Shown: positions 29,647 through 39,438 of the stretch, in pieces
Layout: each line of letters begins with the position of its first letter
Position numbering within the stretch: position 1 is the stretch's first letter
Origin: Fibrobacteria bacterium
GTDB taxonomy: Bacteria; Fibrobacterota; Fibrobacteria; UBA11236
NCBI GenBank assembly: GCA_043732185.1
Contig: JAYTHY010000074.1
Span: 1 to 64,000 of the forward strand
DNA length: 64,000 nucleotides
Direction: 5' to 3'
Made by a program: the position numbers and the translations under genes
The notes under the pieces: model-generated
Database searches by the model: none
Seen by the model: the letters and a program-made list of their open reading frames with translations, nothing else
What the model was told of the DNA's origin: nothing

Positions 29647-29909
29647 CCTAAGAATTTGCTGGTTAGGTTCGGAGCTCTTGGAGCGAACCCAAAAATCACA
29701 GCAGTCACGCTGATTTCCCCAACCCGAAAACAGCTAAAAAGCGTAAGTTGGAAACGGTACTTATTGGCCCGGTATTCTTAGAGGTACTGGATTTTTAGAC
29801 TTGTTTTGCGCATAACTGGATTTTGAGAGTAAAAGACGACAGAACCTCGAGGTTTTTGTGGATTGCATTGCCATATCCAGATGTGCAAAAATGGAGCAAT
29901 GGGGGTTGC

Positions 29910-32900
29910 ATGAAATATCCTGATTTTCGAAATCTGTCCGCCAATTTGGGGCTAAGCAGCCTTCTGGCATGTGTGCCCATTGCCGCGCAAACCATAGACT
30001 TTGAATCCCCCGCCTATCTCGCTGAAAAGACGATTGTAGGCATCGATGGCTGGGCCATGGCTGGAAGCGCGACAACGGACCTTCAGGATAATTTCACAAT
30101 CCAATCCGGACCTGAAAACAAATGGCTCCATTGCCTCACCAATGGCGCGACTTTCGTGCACCGTAATTTTCCAGACCGGCCCGGGATAATCGATTTGCGT
30201 TGGCGCTGGCGCGCGATGAATGACAGCGCCAGCATTTGCCTGGGAGCGTCCGGAAATACGGGGGGAAGTGGAATCGCCACCCGCGCCCAGATCTGCATCG
30301 ATCCATTCGGCCATTTCCATGGACTGGGACTTCAATCCATCACTTCCACGGAAAGATGGACAGTCCAAACCTGGTACTACATGCGCATGCGCATGGATGT
30401 TGCCAGCAACCAATACACCTTATACGTCTCCACTGATTCACTGCGCCTTGGCGAACATATTGCCATACCGATATCCGACATGAACGGCGTGGGCACATTG
30501 ACACGCTTGTTTCTTCGGGATCAAAATGGCGCCGGTGCAGCGGATGTGGATGACATCACTTGGGGTAACCTGTCTTTTTGGCGCGGTGAAGTGGACACCA
30601 CATGGTCGGATGGAAAAAATTGGAGCACGGGAACTGTGCCGGACAGTTTAACGCATGTACTCTTTGACGAAATATCGCCTAAAAATTGTTTTGTGGATAG
30701 GAACGCACAGGTCAATTCCATTTCAATGCCTCTCGCCTGGACAGGTACTTTTAATTTAGACGCTTCCACACTTACTGTTTTTGGAAACGCCGATTTTACC
30801 AGTGCCACGTTTGACTTCCTGCCTTCCGCCACTATCCACTTTTCTTCCCCGAAAGCCCAGAGCCTACAACCTGCGACTGAGGGCACCTTCCCGCACTTTG
30901 TGCACGACGGGGGCGGAACATTGCGCCTGGACACAAGGCCAATGTTTGCCAGTAACTTTACCCAGTTAGATGGCAGCCTGAACTTTAACGGCCAAGACAT
31001 ATACATGACCGGTAAGTTCCTCATCAAGAACGGTAAACCCGGTACCCTGCAAAATCTTGATGGACGATCGATTACCGTTGGAAAATCCGCGCATCTGGAA
31101 GGAACGTCCCAGGATACCTTGTTGGATCTGGTTTCAACGCCCAGGACAGGTCAACCCCTAAAGGGTTGGAGCATAACCGTGACTGCCACCGACACACTTT
31201 CGGCCAGATTTGCGACTATTGGGAATTCACGCGCAAACGGTGCGCCAGGCTATGCCCTATTGAGCGGAGATGCTGGAAATAATACCGGTTGGGTTTTTGG
31301 GATCCCACCGTCCATTTTAATTCCACCCCGGGACACGACGGTAAAAGTAGGGCAAAACGCCACTTTCAAAGTTTCCGTTTCAAGCAAGTTGGCCACTCTC
31401 TACCAATGGCTTCGCAATGACCAAATGATTTTGGGGGCCAGGGACTCCGTGTATACGCTTGTGGGCGCTAAACGCAGTGACAGCGGTACCGGTATCAGCT
31501 GCCGAGTAACCAGTCTCGGAGGTAGCGCAACTTCAGCTTCGGCAAAATTGAATGTGATTTTTCCCGCCCCTACTATACTGCCGGCACCCAAGACGTTTAC
31601 GGATTCCATATCGGTTAAACTTTCAACTACTGTTACTGGTGCTAAAATATTCTATTCGCGCAATGGCCTCCCATTTCTTGAATACAGCAGCGACATTGTT
31701 CTCAAGGATTCCACCAGACTTAAAGCCTTTGCCATGTTGGGTACGGATTCCTCCGGGTTGACCAACTGGAATTATCCTAAACTGCTCCTACCCCTAGCGC
31801 AGACTCCGGTTATCTCCCCCGACCCCTCTACCCCTTTTCAAGACTCCCAGGTTGTTACCATCACTGGGCCAACTTCGGGAAGTTCCATCTTTTACACCTT
31901 GGACCAATCGGATCCAGACTCCAGCAAATCCCGCTATACCACACCCCTTACACTCCGCGCAACTACGACCGTCAGTGCCCGAGCCTATAAGTCCGGTTAC
32001 CGGCCGAGCATCATTCGGACCAATATTTATATGCACAAAACTGTGGACACCGCCATCACACTTGGAAAACCGCAGGCCATCCCTCCCGGCGGCACTTTTC
32101 CGGACACCATGGTCGTATCCATGTTTCCTCCGGCATCCACACCGGACGCCGTGCTATACTACACCTTTGGAACGGCAGGCCTACTCAAATATGCGACTCC
32201 TATTACACTGCGTGCATCCGGTACGCTGAAAATTATCGCCATCAAAGGTTCCGTTTTCAGCGATACCATGTCCTATACTTTTACCCGTCAGTTAGAGGCA
32301 CCCATGGCCAATCCCAAAGGAAAAATATTTCATGATAGTCTGCTGATCAATCTCACTTCAAATACCCCAGGGGCAACCATACACTATACCTGGAATGGCA
32401 AAGACCCAATCTCAACTTCGCCCATTTATCCCGGCGTTCCAATTCTCCTTGATTCCAGCGCCAACCTGAAAGCCATCGCCATCAAGGATTCAAACGTCAG
32501 TGCAGTAATGTCCGAGACTTATACCTTAATTGCGGATACAGTGAAGGCATCCTATGGCAGCGGCGACTACACCTCTAGAATTCAGATACAATTGCAAACC
32601 TCCACGAAGCGCGCCCTCATCTACTATTCCTTGGACGGATCCACGCCCGGACCGGAAAGCGGAAGCCAACCGTATACCAGTCCATTCTGGATCGAGACCA
32701 CCGCTACGTTAAAAGCGGTCGCCGTAACTGGACAAGGGAGCCGTATCCAGCGCAGTCCAATGCTGACGGTCAATTACAGCTTTATCACGCCTGGCCTACG
32801 AGTCCTTGGACCAGGGCAAAAGATCGACCTCTCTAGCAATTACAGTTTAAACAGTATCCTTCCCGGGGCCTCATCCGTCAACGTAGAGGTGTTGCGTACT

Positions 32901-34727
32901 GACAGCTTGACCAGCCTGAAAGGCTTTCGCGACATTCAGTTCGCGATTCGATTATCCCTACCGCTGGGATCAACCGCTTTTCCTAGCATTGGATTCACCG
33001 CCCCCACGGGCGAACCGCGTGCACTATATAGTCTGGTTGGAACATCAACCGTGAACTATATCACCGATGCCGATGCTTACACGATCGGAAATCCAGGCAC
33101 TTATTTTCTTGCCTTGGATACGTTGGCGCCACAAATTATTCTATCCGGAGAATCTTTTGGAACCGAAGACTCCACCAAGGCGCTTTTTACCATTCAGGAC
33201 AATGTGTCCAATTTGCTGCTTGATGTAAGCCGCAGCGACAATCCCGCTCGCAATCTGGTGGCCAAATCCATAACCAGTCCCAATATTATGTCCGTGTCTC
33301 TGCGGAATCCTGCTGGCTCCATTCTGCCTTTAACCATCAAGTTAATGGTCGACGACCATCATTTGAAAACCACCTATCCCGCTGAGCCGGGCTCCTCGCA
33401 CTTACTGGCTCAAAAAAATTCTGCACCAGTCCGGACCCCTGCTGTATTCAACTTGGGAAGCCAGGTTGACAATCCATGGGACCTAATAGCCCTGCCTTTA
33501 TCATTGGATCCGCCGCTTACCATGGCGCAAATACGAAAAAACAATGCGGCACCTGGATTGGAAGCCGCAACCTGGGACATTCCTACTGGAAAATACCGCT
33601 ATTTAAAAGACATGGAAGTCCTGGCACCAGGCACCTCAATTTGGATGGCTTCCACATCCAGTATGGCCTCACTGGTTTTCCCCACGCTGCAAACTCTTCC
33701 TTACCAGGAAAAGGGCGTCTTTAAATTAGTGCTGCATAAGGGTTGGAATCAGGTGGCCAACCCTACTCTATCCACTCTGTACTGGCCCGTAACACGCACG
33801 CTAATGGGCATTTATGATCAGTCCCCGCTTAAAGGCTTGAACGGATACAACGCGACCACACAATTGTACGTGCATTCGGATTCACTGCTCCCTTGGCGCG
33901 GTTACTTTGCCTTTTATTTGGGAGGCCGCGATACCACTATTAATTTGAGCTTCAGCCCCATACAGCCTGAAGCCAACAATTCCATTGCGGCAAAGCCCGC
34001 TGCCGTTGCGGGCTTTGCCTTTTCGCTTGGCCTGGCAAACGTTCCCGCCCTGCGGCTTGGAGCTATATCCCAGGCCCAAGACGGAATTGGAATTGAAGAT
34101 GAAATGCGACCACCGGCACAGGGTGAGCAATCTTCTTGGTTGTGGGCAGCGCGAGACAAAAGCCAATTGGAAACAGACCTCAGGCATTGGATTCCCGGTG
34201 CGCTATATTCATGGAGGGTAGTGGCGCGGACCCCTACCGAGAGCCATCTCGTTGGCAATCAAAATCCGGTTCTTCCCGATGGGTATGCCGCCTGGGCGGT
34301 ATCTCGGACTCGTGGTTTGAGGTTCCGGATCCAGGCTGGCCTTGACATCCCCATGTATCCGGGTTTGGTCGACAGCTTTGAAGTTTGGGCCGGGCCCGCT
34401 GCGGAACTCGAAGCACGGCTCGCTGGGGTGCCACTATCGGTTCAGGCTTTTCAGCTCCAAATATCGACTACTGCCGGTGGTTTTGACATTCACCTACAGC
34501 TGCCTGAGGCAGCATTAGTCCGCTGGACTTTATGGGGCCTGGATGGCCGCGCCTACAAAACCAGCCGAATGAGTCTACCTGAGGGCATTTACCATTTAGC
34601 ACCGGCTGCGATCAAATCCCGACTCACAACTGGAATGTATGTGCTCTCTATGGACTGGACGAGCCGAGCTGGTTCCATCCGGTCGGGCGCCAACGGCCAC
34701 ATAAGCCGAAAAATCATCATTCCTTAA
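29910..34727 (+). CDS. Large secreted multidomain surface protein (Ig-like domain, five chitobiase/beta-hexosaminidase C-terminal-type repeats, CTD-like tail)
   Basis: Signal peptide from ATG 29910; WSDGKNWSTGTVP motif; DTTVKVGQNATF..YQW Ig domain; repeated P...P....F..S..V......GA.I.YT.DG..P units; tail with GLDGR..LTTGMYVL. Confidence 0.8.
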   Translation: MKYPDFRNLSANLGLSSLLACVPIAAQTIDFESPAYLAEKTIVGIDGWAMAGSATTDLQDNFTIQSGPENKWLHCLTNGATFVHRNFPDRPGIIDLRWRWRAMNDSASICLGASGNTGGSGIATRAQICIDPFGHFHGLGLQSITSTERWTVQTWYYMRMRMDVASNQYTLYVSTDSLRLGEHIAIPISDMNGVGTLTRLFLRDQNGAGAADVDDITWGNLSFWRGEVDTTWSDGKNWSTGTVPDSLTHVLFDEISPKNCFVDRNAQVNSISMPLAWTGTFNLDASTLTVFGNADFTSATFDFLPSATIHFSSPKAQSLQPATEGTFPHFVHDGGGTLRLDTRPMFASNFTQLDGSLNFNGQDIYMTGKFLIKNGKPGTLQNLDGRSITVGKSAHLEGTSQDTLLDLVSTPRTGQPLKGWSITVTATDTLSARFATIGNSRANGAPGYALLSGDAGNNTGWVFGIPPSILIPPRDTTVKVGQNATFKVSVSSKLATLYQWLRNDQMILGARDSVYTLVGAKRSDSGTGISCRVTSLGGSATSASAKLNVIFPAPTILPAPKTFTDSISVKLSTTVTGAKIFYSRNGLPFLEYSSDIVLKDSTRLKAFAMLGTDSSGLTNWNYPKLLLPLAQTPVISPDPSTPFQDSQVVTITGPTSGSSIFYTLDQSDPDSSKSRYTTPLTLRATTTVSARAYKSGYRPSIIRTNIYMHKTVDTAITLGKPQAIPPGGTFPDTMVVSMFPPASTPDAVLYYTFGTAGLLKYATPITLRASGTLKIIAIKGSVFSDTMSYTFTRQLEAPMANPKGKIFHDSLLINLTSNTPGATIHYTWNGKDPISTSPIYPGVPILLDSSANLKAIAIKDSNVSAVMSETYTLIADTVKASYGSGDYTSRIQIQLQTSTKRALIYYSLDGSTPGPESGSQPYTSPFWIETTATLKAVAVTGQGSRIQRSPMLTVNYSFITPGLRVLGPGQKIDLSSNYSLNSILPGASSVNVEVLRTDSLTSLKGFRDIQFAIRLSLPLGSTAFPSIGFTAPTGEPRALYSLVGTSTVNYITDADAYTIGNPGTYFLALDTLAPQIILSGESFGTEDSTKALFTIQDNVSNLLLDVSRSDNPARNLVAKSITSPNIMSVSLRNPAGSILPLTIKLMVDDHHLKTTYPAEPGSSHLLAQKNSAPVRTPAVFNLGSQVDNPWDLIALPLSLDPPLTMAQIRKNNAAPGLEAATWDIPTGKYRYLKDMEVLAPGTSIWMASTSSMASLVFPTLQTLPYQEKGVFKLVLHKGWNQVANPTLSTLYWPVTRTLMGIYDQSPLKGLNGYNATTQLYVHSDSLLPWRGYFAFYLGGRDTTINLSFSPIQPEANNSIAAKPAAVAGFAFSLGLANVPALRLGAISQAQDGIGIEDEMRPPAQGEQSSWLWAARDKSQLETDLRHWIPGALYSWRVVARTPTESHLVGNQNPVLPDGYAAWAVSRTRGLRFRIQAGLDIPMYPGLVDSFEVWAGPAAELEARLAGVPLSVQAFQLQISTTAGGFDIHLQLPEAALVRWTLWGLDGRAYKTSRMSLPEGIYHLAPAAIKSRLTTGMYVLSMDWTSRAGSIRSGANGHISRKIIIP

Positions 34728-34738
34728 AACTATTTAGC

Positions 34739-34756
34739 CTGTAACAGGATTGCAAC
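34739..34756 (+). promoter_or_regulatory. Pho box upstream of phoBR (autoregulation)
   Basis: CTGTAAC-AGGA-TTGCAAC with 11-bp period, close to E. coli consensus. Confidence 0.65.
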
Positions 34757-34804
34757 ACCCAACTACTTGTTAATCATCAACTGATGGGTGTAGATTTGCT
34801 CTAG

Positions 34805-35497
34805 ATGAATGCAATGAACATCCTGGTTACCGAAGACGATTCAGATATTCTCGAATTGATAGTCTACAGTTTAGAATCCGCTGGCTTTCACGTCCATGCG
34901 GCCAAATCCGGACTGGAAGCGTTGTCCATTCTTGCCGATGAGACCGTTGACCTTGCCGTACTCGATATCATGCTTCCGGACCTATCCGGAATCGACCTAT
35001 GTCGAAAAATAAAATCCGAAGAGCGATTGGAAAATATCCCTGTTCTTTTCCTTACCGCCAAAGATGGAGAAACCGACAAATTAATTGGTTTCAAAGTAGG
35101 TGCCGACGATTACTTGTGCAAACCCTTTTCCCCCAAAGAGCTGGTGGCACGGGCACAGGCCTTGATCAAACGCTCCACGGGCGGAAAGGGCCGTTTCGCC
35201 TTCCAGGATTTGGAAATCTTTTTCGATCGACATATCGTGGAAGTCGCACAGCAACGGGTCAACCTCACCCCCAGGGAATTCATGGTGCTCAAAGTGCTGA
35301 TCGAAAGTCAGCAAAGGACCATTGCTCGCGCAACATTGCTGGAACGCGCTTGGGGCATGGAATCCAAAGCTGGCTTACGTAGCGTGGATGTTACTGTGAC
35401 CCGACTCCGTGAAAAAATAAAACCCTATGGAAAATGCATCAGGACGGTAACCGGATTCGGTTATCAATGGGACCCGGAAGGGTACCAATCTGCCTAA
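34805..35497 (+). CDS. phoB: OmpR-family response regulator, PhoB/PhoP
   Basis: Receiver (LDIMLP, GADDYLCKPFSPKEL) plus winged helix (RSVDVTVTRLREK, RTVTGFGY); context. Confidence 0.85.
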   Translation: MNAMNILVTEDDSDILELIVYSLESAGFHVHAAKSGLEALSILADETVDLAVLDIMLPDLSGIDLCRKIKSEERLENIPVLFLTAKDGETDKLIGFKVGADDYLCKPFSPKELVARAQALIKRSTGGKGRFAFQDLEIFFDRHIVEVAQQRVNLTPREFMVLKVLIESQQRTIARATLLERAWGMESKAGLRSVDVTVTRLREKIKPYGKCIRTVTGFGYQWDPEGYQSA

Positions 35498-35530
35498 CCT
35501 AAAGCGTGACCCAAGCATGATGCCTGAATA

Positions 35531-37369
35531 ATGCGTGATCTGAACCGCCCCTATCCATCCCTGCGAGCTCATCTCATCGCCATGTTGGGTGTATTTGCTG
35601 CTTTGTTTTTAGGCCTCACGCTTTACCTTTATCTCACTTCCCGCACCCTCTTTGCTGAAGCCCTAAAACGTGAACTTTCCGGGGACCTAGAATGGATGGC
35701 CTCTTTAATCTCAAGTGACCCAGACCTATTGACAGCTCCCGTCCGCGCCGACTCGCTGTGCCGGGCCATTGCACGGTTTAAAGGGTTTCGAGTGACTATC
35801 ATCGACTCCGACGGTCAAGTGCGGGCCGATTCCCATGTTCCCCTTCACGAAACAGGCGCATTGGAAAATCACCGCCATCGACCGGAAATTATGGAAGCGG
35901 ACGCCAAGCTTTGGGGTTATGCCTGGAGGTATTCCAGTACCATCGACATGGAAATGCTGTACGTCGCTCGACGCTTGCCAAACCAAAAAGGCTACCTACG
36001 CATTGCCGCGGGACCCACTGCTCTTTGGAGTTTCCAGAAAGCTTCTCTGCGTATTTTCGCCTTGTTTCTAGGCCTGTTTATGTCCGGTTCCCTGGCCGTT
36101 ACCTGGTGGATTAGTAGAAAAATCAGTTCACCCCTGTTGCATCTCATTGGAACAGACTCCCGAGGGCCCGGTTCCCCCACTCCAAGGTGGGAGGCGGAAT
36201 TCCGGGAAGCGGACGTTTTAAATCAAGCCTTTCAAGGTTATGTGGAAGAAATCCGAAAATTGGGCGGCGCTGTCGAAACAGAACGCGATAAGCTGGTCGC
36301 CATCATGAATCAATTGGAAGAAGGTATTATCATCCTTTCCGATAACGGTTTAGTGATAGCCGCCAATCCAGCATCCATCCGCCTGATTGGGGCGAATACG
36401 AATGTGGCAGACCAAAGTCGCTCGACATGGCTCAATCGACCAGCAACCGAGCTCCTCAAGCATAAGGCACTGAACGACTGGATAAGCCGCATCAAGGAGA
36501 GCGATCGCCCGCCATTTCTCCATGTGGATAAAGGCTCGGAGGCGGAATACGATTTGCTTTGCCACATAACGAAGTTGGACGCCACTTCCATACCACGCGA
36601 GTACTTGCTTACTTTAATCGACGTAACCGAATTGCGAAATCTAGATCGGATAAAATCTGAATTTGTTGCCAATGCTTCGCATGAATTGAAAACGCCGCTT
36701 TCTTCCATCAAGGGTTATACGGAAACCCTATTGGATGGTGCACTAGAGGATGCAAAGGTTCGCGAACTTTTCGTAAAAAAAATTCACAATAACGCGTTAA
36801 GGCTGGAGCTGTTGATCTTGGACCTTTTGAGTTTATCGCAATTAGAAGCTCATCTGGAGTTAAAAGAAACCGAGCCATTGTCCTTACGGGTCTATGTGAA
36901 TGCGGCTGCCAACCTGCACAGACATGAACTGGACAGCTCCGGAATTCGTCTGGAAAACCAAATTCCCGATACTGTCATGGTGGTCGTAGAGCCCCGCGAC
37001 CTTGAACACATACTCAATAATCTGGTTGGAAATGCTATACGGTACAACAAACCGGGAGGCAAGGTGAGGGTGTGGGTGGAAAACGGGGACAGCTTGCAGC
37101 TTTATGTAAAAGACACCGGAATCGGAATTCCAGAAGACATGTTGCCAAGGATATTCGAGCGTTTCTATCGGGCGGCAAAGTCGAGAGCATCCAAGGAAGG
37201 CACCGGTCTCGGCCTGGCAATAGTCAAACATGCAGCGCACAAATACGGTATGACCGTTACGGTAGAAAGCATTCTCGGTGAAGGCAGCCGATTTCAGGTG
37301 AACATTCCATTAGGCCTGGTTGCAGGCGGGGGCTTGAACCGCGCCTTGGATTCGAAGCAGAACACTTAG
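35531..37369 (+). CDS. phoR: Sensor histidine kinase PhoR
   Basis: Two TMs, ENHRHRPEI extracytoplasmic motif, PAS, FVANASHELKTPL, FERFYR, GTGLGLAIVKH. Confidence 0.88.
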   Translation: MRDLNRPYPSLRAHLIAMLGVFAALFLGLTLYLYLTSRTLFAEALKRELSGDLEWMASLISSDPDLLTAPVRADSLCRAIARFKGFRVTIIDSDGQVRADSHVPLHETGALENHRHRPEIMEADAKLWGYAWRYSSTIDMEMLYVARRLPNQKGYLRIAAGPTALWSFQKASLRIFALFLGLFMSGSLAVTWWISRKISSPLLHLIGTDSRGPGSPTPRWEAEFREADVLNQAFQGYVEEIRKLGGAVETERDKLVAIMNQLEEGIIILSDNGLVIAANPASIRLIGANTNVADQSRSTWLNRPATELLKHKALNDWISRIKESDRPPFLHVDKGSEAEYDLLCHITKLDATSIPREYLLTLIDVTELRNLDRIKSEFVANASHELKTPLSSIKGYTETLLDGALEDAKVRELFVKKIHNNALRLELLILDLLSLSQLEAHLELKETEPLSLRVYVNAAANLHRHELDSSGIRLENQIPDTVMVVVEPRDLEHILNNLVGNAIRYNKPGGKVRVWVENGDSLQLYVKDTGIGIPEDMLPRIFERFYRAAKSRASKEGTGLGLAIVKHAAHKYGMTVTVESILGEGSRFQVNIPLGLVAGGGLNRALDSKQNT

Positions 37370-37381
37370 CCATCGATATCC

Positions 37382-38377
37382 CTAAGTTCCCAATAGACGC
37401 AATCCCATTCCAATTAAGTAGGCAACTATGGCGGAAGCGGGTATGGTCAAAATCCAGGCAATAGCCATTTGACCAGCAATTTCCCAGCGCACAGCCGAAA
37501 GACGTTTGGACGAACCCACTCCCATAATGGAACTGGATATCACATGTGTAGTGGAAACGGGAGAGCCAAAATGACTGGCCACTAGAATGGTAAGTGAGGC
37601 TGCGGTTTCGGCGGCAAAACCATTCACGGGTGTCAATTTGATCATGCGCACACCCATGGTCTTGATGATGCGCCAGCCACCGGCCGCAGTGCCCATGGCC
37701 ATGGCCGCGGCACAAAGCAAAATAACCCATTGCGGCACGGCAAAAGTGTGAATGAATCCCATTCCAAACAAAGCCATGGTGATAATACCCATGGACTTTT
37801 GCGCGTCATTGGACCCATGCGATAAAGCCATAAAAGCCGCGGAGACAAGTTGTAAATGTTTGAACCAACGGTTCACTTTCCCAGCGGGCCGTTTGTGGAA
37901 TATCCACATGATGGCAATCATGATGAGTAGCCCACCGACAAAACCCGCCAGCGGCGAAATAAGCAGGGCCTTGACGATTTTCCAAATGCCCTCGCCATTC
38001 AACTTGTGGAAGCCATGGTAGGCAATTGTGGAACCAATGATGCCGCCAATCAGAGCATGCGAAGAGCTGGACGGGATACCATAGAACCAGGTGAGAAGAT
38101 TCCAAAAGATGGCGGCCAATAGGGCAGCGGCCACAATACCATTAGTAACCAGAGCGGGATCCACAATTCCCTTGCCAATAGTCTTGGCAACAGCTGTGCT
38201 TAGGAAAGCACCCAAAAAGTTCAAGGAGGCGGCCATTAGAATCGCCTGCTTGGGCGAAAGCACACGGGTTGATACAACAGTGGCAATGGCATTGGCCGAA
38301 TCGTGCATGCCGTTGATGTAATCGAAAATCAAGGCTAGGACGACCAAGCCCAGTAGAATGGGAATCGACTCAGCCAT
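37382..38377 (-). CDS. pit: Inorganic phosphate transporter, PiT family
   Basis: NGMHDSANAIAT, PSSSSHALIG, HGSNDAQKSMG, PVSTTH. Confidence 0.95.
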   Translation of the reverse strand: MAESIPILLGLVVLALIFDYINGMHDSANAIATVVSTRVLSPKQAILMAASLNFLGAFLSTAVAKTIGKGIVDPALVTNGIVAAALLAAIFWNLLTWFYGIPSSSSHALIGGIIGSTIAYHGFHKLNGEGIWKIVKALLISPLAGFVGGLLIMIAIMWIFHKRPAGKVNRWFKHLQLVSAAFMALSHGSNDAQKSMGIITMALFGMGFIHTFAVPQWVILLCAAAMAMGTAAGGWRIIKTMGVRMIKLTPVNGFAAETAASLTILVASHFGSPVSTTHVISSSIMGVGSSKRLSAVRWEIAGQMAIAWILTIPASAIVAYLIGMGLRLLGT

Positions 38378-38996
38378 GCTTCAGCACAATCCCTTCGATA
38401 ATGCCGGCGACATGCTCACACATATCCGTGGCGGTCTCCAAATTGTCGTAAATATCGCGCCATTTCATGACATCCAAGGGATTTTTGTCTCCCTTAAATA
38501 GTTCCGCCACGGCCTCGCGAGCGATGCGGTCACCGAGGTTTTCCAGTCGGTTGATCTCGATACAGTGCGGGATTATTTTTTCGTATTTAAGCAGGGAAAT
38601 GACGGGCATGACCTTGTTAAGTTCAGCAACTTGCTTCACGAGTACATCCACCAAACCCTTCATGGGTGGTGTGATCTCCGTGAGGCCATAGAGGATCATT
38701 CTTTCCGTTACGGCTTCCATATAATCCATGCAATCGTCCAGGGCAACAGTCAACTGGTGGATATCTTCACGATCAATTGGGGTGATGAAACTCTTATCTA
38801 AAGCGATCAGAATCTCATGTGTCAGTACATCCGCATCATGCTCAAGCCGCTCTAGTCGCGCCGCTCCAGATTTAATGCTTTCCACTCCTCCCGCCATCAT
38901 TTCGCTCAGCACGTTGGCAGCTGCCTCTAAAATTTTGGCGCTTTGACCGAACATCTCAAAGAATTTGACGTTTTTGGGTATCAGATTTTTGAACAT
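38370..38996 (-). CDS. DUF47 (PhoU-like) Pit accessory protein
   Basis: LEHDAD, SFITPIDREDI, LENLGD, LETATDMCE; overlaps pit start. Confidence 0.93.
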   Translation of the reverse strand: MFKNLIPKNVKFFEMFGQSAKILEAAANVLSEMMAGGVESIKSGAARLERLEHDADVLTHEILIALDKSFITPIDREDIHQLTVALDDCMDYMEAVTERMILYGLTEITPPMKGLVDVLVKQVAELNKVMPVISLLKYEKIIPHCIEINRLENLGDRIAREAVAELFKGDKNPLDVMKWRDIYDNLETATDMCEHVAGIIEGIVLKHG

Positions 38997-39093
38997 TGGA
39001 CTACCTCGAACTCTCCAGGAATGGACCTATAAAGCTAGAAAAAGACTGTTGTTTGGTTTTATAATCATGCGTTACACTTTGGGAAAAAAAGTC

Positions 39094-39438
39094 ATGCCTA
39101 ACCTCCCTTATAAGTTTTTGTTGTTTGTAGCGGTAGGCGGCTTTTTCTATTTGCACGGCCTTCCCAAAAAGGCAGCATTCATTGCCAACTTTTTAAGTCG
39201 AACGAAAGAAAAAAGCCAGGAAGAACAAATCGAGGCTTTGGCCGAAGAGAAAGTGCGCGGCGAAATCTGTAGCCTAGCTGATTTGTGCGAATACCGGCCT
39301 ATTGCTTGGAAGGAATTCCACGCATCGGACACTGTAAGTGCCTCCATCGTCCACGAATTCTACAAGGATGGAAAAAAGTGCGCTGTATTGTTTCGTATGC
39401 GCTACGGCGCAATCAGTGAAATCATCGACCTAAACTAG
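39094..39438 (+). CDS. Hypothetical membrane-anchored protein
   Basis: ORF fills gap; single N-terminal hydrophobic segment; start uncertain. Confidence 0.5.
   Translation: MPNLPYKFLLFVAVGGFFYLHGLPKKAAFIANFLSRTKEKSQEEQIEALAEEKVRGEICSLADLCEYRPIAWKEFHASDTVSASIVHEFYKDGKKCAVLFRMRYGAISEIIDLN

Noticed and set aside
38997..39090. Pho box upstream of DUF47-pit
   Set aside because: Only an isolated GTGTAAC half-site, with no partner at 11 bp.
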